A DNA stretch of 64,000 nucleotides from Candidatus Kryptoniota bacterium (GTDB lineage Bacteria; Bacteroidota; Ignavibacteria; Kryptoniales; JAKASW01). A program made the translations under genes and the position numbers. The notes beneath the pieces are model-generated. The model searched no databases and was not told the DNA's origin. It was given only the letters and a program-made list of their open reading frames with translations. Below are positions 46,670-54,756 of the stretch, one piece after another; within the stretch, counting starts at the first letter, position 1; each line of letters opens with the position of its first letter. Location of the stretch: assembly GCA_036567965.1 (NCBI GenBank), contig DATCTN010000029.1, positions 6,932-70,931 on the forward strand. Direction: 5' to 3'.

Positions 46670-48754
46670 CTACTTGACCATGAGCATTTTCTTTGTGCTT
46701 ACAAAACCGCTTCCCGATTTTCCCGTGATCACCATCCTGTAATAATAAATCCCGCTCGACATGCCCGTGAAGTTGAGCGTCGTCTCGAATGTACCCGCCT
46801 CTTTCTCGAAGCTCATGCTCCTCACTCTCATTCCAAGGAGATTATAAACCTCAAGTCTGATTTGAGATGCTTCTTTCAAGTCGTACGCGATTGTCGTGGA
46901 CGGGTTGAACGGGTTCGGGTAGTTCTGGTATACGGCATAGTCTTTCGGAACGGTAACATCAACAGCGATGATGCCGCCAAGCTGCTCTGTTGCGCCCGAT
47001 TTGTCAACAGCTTCGACTTTGTAGTAATACGTATGACCTGCGTTGACCTTCGGATCGACAAAAGAATACGATGCTCCGGTGGTGACGCTTCCCTTGGCCG
47101 TCAATGATTTGTTGGATTCATAGCCGGAAATGAATTCGAACGGTCCCTGGTCTGTCGTCGCGCGCAGGACGTTGAACCCGGCCAGGTTGATCTCGGTCGC
47201 GGTTGAGAAGTTAACAAGGACCTTCCCCGCGTTCACTTTCGCGGACATTGCGGTCGCGGTCACAGGGAGGGCTATATCTGTTGTCGAAAGCGTATTGTTC
47301 GAGAATGTTGTGTACAGTGCCGCGTTCGTGAACGTCAATGCGGTCTGGTCTGCCAAACTGACCAGCACTCTGCCGGCGGCAGAGCTATTAAGATCTGCAG
47401 CAAGGAAATAATATTCGCCTGACGAAGGAATCGGATGTCCGCCGCTTACGGTAAGTGTCGCGGTCGATCCGATAGCCGAAGTGGACGCAAGGAGTGTCGC
47501 GCTTCCTACGCTGAACGAGGCTGAAGAAGATGCATACAGCTTAAGCTGGGTAATGCCGCTGTAAGTTCCAGTCAGGGTTACAGTGACCGACGCAAGACTG
47601 CCTCCGTTTATGTTGCCTGCAAGCTGGAATCGCCCGATGGGATTATCGTTCGTGTTCGGTGTTCCGTTGGGGGCAGGATACGATGTTCCATCTGTAAACG
47701 TTTCAGTCGCGTAAGGTGCGAATGCTACTCCGCGGAATGCCGTGTTCGTAGCCGCAGTTGCAAGCGTGGTCGCAGTGCTGCTTGAGCCGGTGTCAGTGAC
47801 CTTGATCAGCGTGGTTGGACTCAAGCTGGTGGTTGCGTAAATCACCGGATTCGTTCCACTCCAGTCAACAACCAACGCCCTCGCTCCCGTTGTTGTCGAC
47901 CCGTTATTCAATAGCGTATACACCAAGCTCCAAGTCCCTACGCCCAATGTCCATTTCTGAATTCCACCGCCAGATCCTACGGCACCGTCGTCTGCCACAT
48001 ACATCGTGTTGCCATCCGGACTAATGGAAAAACCGTAAGGACTATGCGTACCAGAAGTCGGCATTCCTGCAAGTTCGGTAACTGTTTGCCCTGTTGTGGT
48101 AGGGGTCCCCGTCCCGACGGTTACAACGCCGAATATCGAGGTCGATGCCGTGGTTGCATAAAGCTGATTATTGAAAATCTTTACCCAACGAATGTTCGTT
48201 TGAGACGAGTGAAGTCCCGTCGTGGTCGTTGAGCCGAATGTCGTGTACCGAGTACCGGCAGAAGCGCCCTGTCCTGATCCTCCATTGCCTGAAACCCAGA
48301 GGTTCGTTCCATCGGTAGAGGCTGCACTTCTTACATTGCTGCCATTAAATGCATCGGTCAGTTTCGTCGAAAGATCCACGCTTGCAAGAGCATCAACTCT
48401 GGCAATGACACGATTTACCGACGACGCCGTGGATGATGCCGGCGTGGCCGTCGTGGGAGTCGCATCGTATCCCGCGAAGACGAGATAACGTCCATCTGTC
48501 GACCGGCTCATTCCTCCCTCACTCGTAGCGCTTCCCTGAAAAGTAATCTTGTTTGTTCCTGATGTCGGAAGTGTAATCGTCTGGACGAAAGTTCCTCCTG
48601 TGGTGTATTCATCCAGAAATGCCGCCGCCGCGGCATTCGAGAGACTCGCCGATCCATCTCCAACTCTGGCGACTACAAGATTCCCCGCCGTGAATTGCCC
48701 GAAGGCATTAGCGGTAACAAACACGATGAAAGCTACTGCTGAAGCAAAACGCAT
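46670..48754 (-). CDS. secreted protein with T9SS C-terminal sorting domain, unknown function
   Basis: 694 aa with a signal peptide. Thr/Ser/Gly-rich beta region, an FN3/Ig-like module, and C-terminal VYQNYPNPFNPSTTIAYDL...GIYYYRM. Confidence 0.85.
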   Translation of the reverse strand: MRFASAVAFIVFVTANAFGQFTAGNLVVARVGDGSASLSNAAAAAFLDEYTTGGTFVQTITLPTSGTNKITFQGSATSEGGMSRSTDGRYLVFAGYDATPTTATPASSTASSVNRVIARVDALASVDLSTKLTDAFNGSNVRSAASTDGTNLWVSGNGGSGQGASAGTRYTTFGSTTTTGLHSSQTNIRWVKIFNNQLYATTASTSIFGVVTVGTGTPTTTGQTVTELAGMPTSGTHSPYGFSISPDGNTMYVADDGAVGSGGGIQKWTLGVGTWSLVYTLLNNGSTTTGARALVVDWSGTNPVIYATTSLSPTTLIKVTDTGSSSTATTLATAATNTAFRGVAFAPYATETFTDGTSYPAPNGTPNTNDNPIGRFQLAGNINGGSLASVTVTLTGTYSGITQLKLYASSSASFSVGSATLLASTSAIGSTATLTVSGGHPIPSSGEYYFLAADLNSSAAGRVLVSLADQTALTFTNAALYTTFSNNTLSTTDIALPVTATAMSAKVNAGKVLVNFSTATEINLAGFNVLRATTDQGPFEFISGYESNKSLTAKGSVTTGASYSFVDPKVNAGHTYYYKVEAVDKSGATEQLGGIIAVDVTVPKDYAVYQNYPNPFNPSTTIAYDLKEASQIRLEVYNLLGMRVRSMSFEKEAGTFETTLNFTGMSSGIYYYRMVITGKSGSGFVSTKKMLMVK

Positions 48755-48900
48755 GTTGCCTCCTGATTTGTAAGTTTCAATAATTATGGGAAGGCGTTAG
48801 GTTGCGGTGGGCGCTCAACCCTGACATGATACTTGCAATTGCGTGGCAATCCTCTCTCACCCGCAAACTGCCTTCGCTAGCACGCTCGAACTTCAACTGT

Positions 48901-48929
48901 AATTTCAACCTCCCTTGCCCAAATGTCAA
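48901..48929 (-). promoter_or_regulatory. candidate promoter CTTGACATTT-N-GAAATT
   Basis: Minus strand TTGACA (48929..48924), a 17-nt spacer, then GAAATT (48906..48901), 175 nt upstream of the ATG. Confidence 0.4.
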
Positions 48930-49092
48930 GTTAAGTTAGGATGAAATTTTAAGTGGACGATTTCGCGGTCCCACCAAATCGGTAGCTTACCCACACAAGT
49001 GTTTCCGCCGAACGAACTCAATGAAAAATTAATTCAACGGCAATCTTCATTTAATGTCAGCGAAATACCTTTCATGGAGAAAGGGAGGAAGT

Positions 49093-49383
49093 ATGGTGAA
49101 TTTGATCTTCAGAGAAGGCAACCGGCATGTGGTGCTTTCAAACCTGCCGGCGGATCAGTCTGTCAAAATCACGAATCTCGCCGAAACCAGGATACATAAA
49201 TTCAATTGCCCGGTACACAAATCGCATTCCCGCGCGACGCTGCTCATAGACATCGCCGACGGAAGCGGTGAATGGAACATTGTCGACTACTGCTGCGAAG
49301 AATTCTACCACGAAATTAGCTCCGGAATGCCGTTCCCGTGGGACCGCCCACCCGGCATAAGAAGGCTTAACCGCGCAGCCTGA
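49093..49383 (+). CDS. small hypothetical protein
   Basis: 96 aa. ATG at 49093 is preceded by AGGGAGGAAG. Contains CPVH and CC motifs. No family recognised. Confidence 0.45.
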   Translation: MVNLIFREGNRHVVLSNLPADQSVKITNLAETRIHKFNCPVHKSHSRATLLIDIADGSGEWNIVDYCCEEFYHEISSGMPFPWDRPPGIRRLNRAA

Positions 49384-49616
49384 CAGCGTTTTCCGCTCGG
49401 CGCCCCTTTCCTCTGCGGGAGATCTCAAAGGCCCACCGGATACGGTTTCAACAACCGTTTGCTTCCGCCGATTTTCGTCTCACCACTGACTCTCGCGTAA
49501 CGTCACCCCCTGCCTCCGAAACATTCCATCCTACTCAAGCGTAATTTCCGTCGTGATCATTTTATCGTCCTCAATAGGATCGACAAATGAACGGGGGAAA
49601 AATAGGGAGGTAAATC

Positions 49617-50165
49617 ATGAAAAAGATTATCGCGATCGTCTCATGCGTCGTCTTCGTTTCTGTAGCAGCGAGCTCTGCTCTGTCGCAGACAAAATGTATC
49701 TGGATTGAAAACTCCGAGAACCATGCGACCACTCAGAAAGTCGGTGTCTCACTCAGACTAGTCAAGCTTCTCGCTTCGTCAAGGGGAGACTTCGATATCA
49801 ACGGTGTGAAAATGTCATACGATTCTCTTCTTCGCGCGTATGATGAAGGGACTGTCATGCGCATCAAAGACAGTACGGGAGAAGGAGAAACGAGGTTCTA
49901 CGGCGGGAAGTTTGGGGAGAAAATGAATGAAGAAACGGAAAGACACAATCACATTATAATAGAAAGTTCTGACAGCGGAGAATCGACAAAAGTCTCGAAG
50001 CTGAGGGTAGAGTCTCTCGAAGCGGTAGGTATCGTGCTCGCAATGATTGGTTCGAAGAATCTGGACAAAGATATCGACACGATCGAATCGGCACTCGAGC
50101 AGGGCGGTGTATTTTACGCCCGCGATTACAAAAAGAATTCGCGATTATGGATTTATGTGAACTGA
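49617..50165 (+). CDS. secreted hypothetical protein
   Basis: 182 aa. RBS AGGGAGG. Signal peptide MKKIIAIVSCVVFVSVAASSALSQ. Confidence 0.6.
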   Translation: MKKIIAIVSCVVFVSVAASSALSQTKCIWIENSENHATTQKVGVSLRLVKLLASSRGDFDINGVKMSYDSLLRAYDEGTVMRIKDSTGEGETRFYGGKFGEKMNEETERHNHIIIESSDSGESTKVSKLRVESLEAVGIVLAMIGSKNLDKDIDTIESALEQGGVFYARDYKKNSRLWIYVN

Positions 50166-50201
50166 TCGGAGCCCGTCACGCGAAGATCCACTTTCAGCCT
50201 T

Positions 50202-51761
50202 CTAATTGCACCCCGGCGATTTCCTCGATGCTGTCGCTTCGTTTCCGTTCAGCTTCCACACGAGGTTCTTGCCATTGAATGTCACGCTGAACATTTTGTC
50301 CTTCCTGCCCGGCTCAAAGACTGCCGGCTGATTCCTGTCATTGGGAGTCGGTGAGAATTTGTTTTGAGGACCGACCGGAACATAAACGGAAGCCGCATCG
50401 TCGTTCTCGTAGCCAAACCAAGCCGTGTACGTCGTGTCGTCCACCCGCGTGACACAATCTAAAATCGGCTGCAGTGATTGCTGCGGTACAGAGATAATGT
50501 TCAATGCCAACGAGTCTGTCGTTACATGCGATGACGGGGCGATGCTGTCTCTTACAGCGATGTATGCCGTGGTTGCGGTGTCGACATCTCCGGCTCTGAC
50601 TGTTGCCTGAAGAAGCGTGTCGGCAATAAATGTTGTCGGCCGGTTTGTGCCATTAAGCTGCACTTTTGATTGTGATGTGAAATTCATTCCCGAGACGTTG
50701 AGCGTGAAGGCTCCGCTGCCGACGAGAACATTCTGCGGACTGATCGCTCTGATAGCCGGAAGTTTTGTAAGGTCGAGGTTGATGGATGTCTGCTTCTTCT
50801 CGAAATAGTAATACAGCATATTGGGGTAGTTGTCGAACAGTAAGATTTTCCCTTCGGGAGGAAGTCTCAGTCTTTGCAGGAGTGCTCCTGCACGTGAATC
50901 AAATACATAAACACTACCGGGGCGGTACTCACCGGTTTCACGAGTCGTGTCATAATTCACTTGTTCTATCAATGCGTAATTTCCGTGAGCAGATAACCGC
51001 CCTTCGGAGCGCCATGGAAATGCAAACGGAGTGTATACAAGTCCTTGCTCTACATTGCAAACCGCATATTGTTGATTAGCAAATCCAGATTCAGCAATCC
51101 TTTCGTATTTAATAAGGGCAAGGCCGGCCTTAGCGTCATCAATGCCGGGATCATAGGCAAAGGTCCCGAGGGACGTAAAATTCTTGTCTGGAAGTCTTTT
51201 ATTCGCAAAGATGTCCCAAGCACGAAAGACCAACCCATTGGAATCTGAGATGGATCTGTATGCTCGATGCTGATCCGACGAGATACATATTGGCTCGTAT
51301 GAGTATAATTCAGTTAAAGTGTCTATTGGTTGAAATGTGGTGTTGTCAAATACGATTGTTTTTTGATACTCATCTTCTGATGATCCTATAGAAACATAAT
51401 ATCGGTTTGTTGCTGGCGTGAAAATTACCTGAACAACCCACGTGTCTCTTTCAAAAAGTATCGTCCTTTTATTAGAATTATTCAGCTCAACAATAACCAC
51501 CTGACTGCGATTTTGCAGAATTAACCTGTTCTGGTCCGGCGAATCGAAAATTTGTTCGATTCTACCTGCATCCTTCAAAATCAATTCAGAAATTCCATTC
51601 GCCAGGTTTTGTCTGTAAATATCAACGCTGTAACCGCCGCCTTTATAATCAGGATCATCTTTGGAGTAAAAATAATACGGTTGCGAAAATACTATATTCC
51701 CGAAAGTCGACAAACAAACAATTATAAGAAAAATCCTAAGGAAAATTTTCTTCGTGTTCAT
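50202..51761 (-). CDS. secreted protein: propeller-like N-terminal region, IPT/TIG domain, Cys-bracketed C-terminal domain
   Basis: Start set at the ATG at 51761 (MNTKKIFLRIFLIIVCLSTFGNIVFSQ signal). IPT-like ISPQNVLVGSGAFTLNVSGMNFTSQSKVQLNG. C-terminal CVTRVDDTTYTAWFGYENDD...SPGC. Confidence 0.7.
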   Translation of the reverse strand: MNTKKIFLRIFLIIVCLSTFGNIVFSQPYYFYSKDDPDYKGGGYSVDIYRQNLANGISELILKDAGRIEQIFDSPDQNRLILQNRSQVVIVELNNSNKRTILFERDTWVVQVIFTPATNRYYVSIGSSEDEYQKTIVFDNTTFQPIDTLTELYSYEPICISSDQHRAYRSISDSNGLVFRAWDIFANKRLPDKNFTSLGTFAYDPGIDDAKAGLALIKYERIAESGFANQQYAVCNVEQGLVYTPFAFPWRSEGRLSAHGNYALIEQVNYDTTRETGEYRPGSVYVFDSRAGALLQRLRLPPEGKILLFDNYPNMLYYYFEKKQTSINLDLTKLPAIRAISPQNVLVGSGAFTLNVSGMNFTSQSKVQLNGTNRPTTFIADTLLQATVRAGDVDTATTAYIAVRDSIAPSSHVTTDSLALNIISVPQQSLQPILDCVTRVDDTTYTAWFGYENDDAASVYVPVGPQNKFSPTPNDRNQPAVFEPGRKDKMFSVTFNGKNLVWKLNGNEATASRKSPGCN

Positions 51762-51950
51762 AACTGACCTCGTTCTATTTATTCCATGTCCCATCGGGAT
51801 TCGTATAAAGTGCCCATGCTCGATCCGCGTATCTTTCTTGATTACTTCTTCTGATCCATTCACCACGACTGTTTGGATCAAGCGGTTTGTAAGATTTCCA
51901 TCGCCAATAAGTATATTTGCTCCCGCCATTGTATTCTTGAAAGGTTTCTT

Positions 51951-53885
51951 TTAAAACTTTCTCCTTGGTAGAAAAATCGGTCGCATTTTGATAACCGATT
52001 GGTAACCTTTGTTCGTCATCCGCACCGAGTTTTGCCTTGATCTATATGTGGCAGGCAAGGCTATAGCGCTGCTTTTCGCCTGTTCAAAGTGTGCTTCTCC
52101 ACCAGCTAAATTTTCTTTCCAATCCCATACTTGTTCGTCAGTCGCAGCAGGACTATTGTCTAGTTGCATGAGTCCATAGCCATTGGGATAGCCCCAAAGA
52201 GGAAAATCTTTATTCTTTATGAATTGGCGCCAGCTGCTTTCCATGAATATAATAACTTCTATTGCTAAGGGGTCACTTTCTGTAATTGCGGACTTTATTG
52301 CAGACTTCGAAGGGTTTAGTCCGACAATTATAAATCCGTGATCCACAGTTTTATCATAAACTTTTCCGCCTGCAGTCGCGGTTACATCAAGCGTGAGTTC
52401 GTCGCCGCCTCTTATCTTGCTAGAGTTCATAGTCCAGTTTATGGTCCATGGGCTCATTTGTGAATTTGTTGCTGTCGTATTTCCTCGGAAGGAATCATTA
52501 AATTCTCTCCCGTCCGGACCTTCCCACTGCACCTGCAGGTTCCATTGAAAATTTACTGTGCCACCTTTATAATTTTCCAGCTTAGCTTTCGCTGTAATAT
52601 CCGGCATCGTCGGATCCTTGGTAATTTCTTTCGTTGCTTTCAGTTCGTCGGTAGGATATATGACAACCAATTCCGGCTTGGTTCCCCTTATTACCACGCT
52701 ACCCGTTCCTGTGGCGCTTGGCTCGTCGACTCCACTCGCCGTGAAAGTAATTGTTGTATTCGTGTCGGGAATCGTCCCGTCAGCATTGAAGAACACCCAA
52801 CCTGAGTTCGCGGCCGAGTACGGGACCTTTACCCCTCCATCTGTGACTCGATTCGCTTTCCCGCCGATGCTATCTGAATTTTGTACTTCGTGGCTCGACA
52901 ATCCCATTTTATTTTTCGTGCTCCCAACGATCCCCGGCATCATGTAAGATATCTCTCCGTACCCCGGTGGATCCACGCTGATCAGGATGTCTCCATCCAG
53001 AAAGAAATCTTTTCTGTCTTTGTCTTTCGCTTGCACAAGGATTTTTGATTGCTCAGAGTAAGCTATCGTATCAGGCTGGAGTTGCACCGTGAAGTGATCC
53101 AGGTCGGGCGGTGGTGTCACAAGAGTTGAATCCACTTTCACTATTCCATTGCTCGACGCTTTCACCAAAATCCATTGTCCGTCTTTACCCGGTACCGTTC
53201 CGGTAGCCGAGAGTAGTATGTTACCAGCGATGTCTGCTCCTGTCCCTTCTGCTTTGTTCCCGAACGGAATGTCATATGTTCCATTCGAAAGATCGTAGCC
53301 GTAGAATGAAGCATAACCGATTCCGGACTCAATTGTCAGAGTCATCTGGTCCAAGGGTGACCAGCTGGTTCCTCCGCAATCGTTCATACCGGAGATTATC
53401 GGATGTGTGTCCGTCGAATACGGAATCAATTTCGCGCTGAGCTCGAAATTGAATTGACTAAACCAGGGGGGATTGTAATAAATCCAGCCGTTGGGCCAGG
53501 GAGAGTAAAGCTCGGAACCTGAACCGAAAAGTACAGTTGAGTCGTGTTGAACCATTGTGTCGTTGATGTATATGGAGAATGTAGCATGAATCGGTTCTCC
53601 CTTGGGGACCAATCCCACTCCAACTTGCGGGTCAAAAGCGTAATCTCCCGGGTAACCTTGAGGGACTTCTATTACAACGCTATCAGTCCCATAGCGAGGA
53701 TTATCCTGGACAACCCCACCGCAGGGGGACTGGGGAACGTACAGCCTGCCCATCGAATGCGTGTCCCACGCGAACACAAACCGAAGTGTGCGTACTATTA
53801 CACCCACTTCTCTCGGCTTTTCCGGAGCAATAGTCACGATCTCTCTGATATGAACCTGGCTGATGACCGGATCAGCCGGCCACAC
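51951..53885 (-). CDS. large Ig-like-repeat protein with C-terminal lysozyme-like (SLT-type) domain; 5' end unresolved
   Basis: 644 aa from the GTG at 53885. C-terminal FMESSWRQF...GYGLMQLD (52164..52241) resembles the Glu-Ser...GLMQ lytic transglycosylase motif. See the finding on the missing start and signal peptide. Confidence 0.65.
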   Translation of the reverse strand: MWPADPVISQVHIREIVTIAPEKPREVGVIVRTLRFVFAWDTHSMGRLYVPQSPCGGVVQDNPRYGTDSVVIEVPQGYPGDYAFDPQVGVGLVPKGEPIHATFSIYINDTMVQHDSTVLFGSGSELYSPWPNGWIYYNPPWFSQFNFELSAKLIPYSTDTHPIISGMNDCGGTSWSPLDQMTLTIESGIGYASFYGYDLSNGTYDIPFGNKAEGTGADIAGNILLSATGTVPGKDGQWILVKASSNGIVKVDSTLVTPPPDLDHFTVQLQPDTIAYSEQSKILVQAKDKDRKDFFLDGDILISVDPPGYGEISYMMPGIVGSTKNKMGLSSHEVQNSDSIGGKANRVTDGGVKVPYSAANSGWVFFNADGTIPDTNTTITFTASGVDEPSATGTGSVVIRGTKPELVVIYPTDELKATKEITKDPTMPDITAKAKLENYKGGTVNFQWNLQVQWEGPDGREFNDSFRGNTTATNSQMSPWTINWTMNSSKIRGGDELTLDVTATAGGKVYDKTVDHGFIIVGLNPSKSAIKSAITESDPLAIEVIIFMESSWRQFIKNKDFPLWGYPNGYGLMQLDNSPAATDEQVWDWKENLAGGEAHFEQAKSSAIALPATYRSRQNSVRMTNKGYQSVIKMRPIFLPRRKF

Positions 53886-53971
53886 AATTAGCGCAGCCAG
53901 AATGAAAAGGTATAATCTTCGCCCGTTGCCCTGACTCGCCGTGCTTCCCTCCCGACATGCCCTGCCTTACA

Positions 53972-54000
53972 AACATACCGACTCACATGTCTCATGTCAA
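53972..54000 (-). promoter_or_regulatory. candidate promoter TTGACA-17-TATGTT
   Basis: Minus strand TTGACA (54000..53995), a 17-nt spacer, then TATGTT (53977..53972), upstream of the 644-aa gene. Confidence 0.4.
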
Positions 54001-54137
54001 GCGGAAAAAATACAAAGCCCTAACCGTAAGCCGCGACTATTGAAGAGCACGTCATTCTTTATTTGCTCCCTTTGAAAGAAGCGAAGAGATCTGCTCGCGT
54101 GGATCACTTAAACCCGGCCGATGCTTCGCCCGCGGGG

Positions 54138-54671
54138 TCACCGAAGATACGCGTCTCGAAACTCCCTGAAGTTCTCCAGGTTGTCTTTCGTCAACACGCC
54201 GGAAATGTCCCCCATCTCTCCTTTAAGATCGAATGACACGGAAGCTGAGGATGCAATCCGCTCGACCAGCGGTTTGTTGACGGTAAACCACACTCTTTCG
54301 GTTTCATAATCTTCCCCAAGCATTATGTTGGATTTCGTCTTCTCCAATGGCTGGTCGGGCTTTAACGTAGTAGTTTGTGAATCCGCCTTGATTGTAAGTG
54401 CGAGAACTTTTCCGTGTGGAAACTCCTTCCAGAATGCGTCAGCCACCATCAACGCATATGAAACCGACGAATCGACAGACGAAACACGTACAGCGCCGAG
54501 TACCATGATTATTCCATATCTACCGACCATCGTCACCGGAACCGGCGTAAGACTAGTTTGCATCACATAGATCTTTGCGTATGAGCCGACATCCGGAATG
54601 ATGGTGGCTTCGTAAGGTACACACGATCCGAGCAGGACCCCGAGAAAAAGTAACAACGCAACCCGATTCAT
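54138..54671 (-). CDS. lipoprotein, unknown function
   Basis: Start set at the ATG at 54671, preceded by AAGGAG. MNRVALLLFLGVLLGSC lipobox. Confidence 0.6.
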   Translation of the reverse strand: MNRVALLLFLGVLLGSCVPYEATIIPDVGSYAKIYVMQTSLTPVPVTMVGRYGIIMVLGAVRVSSVDSSVSYALMVADAFWKEFPHGKVLALTIKADSQTTTLKPDQPLEKTKSNIMLGEDYETERVWFTVNKPLVERIASSASVSFDLKGEMGDISGVLTKDNLENFREFRDAYLR

Positions 54672-54756
54672 CTTCTTCTCCTTTACACGAGCATGCGCCG
54701 AACCCGCCAAAGCTGTTTCAGCCTCAGGAACCACACGACAAGGATTACGTCCCCTT

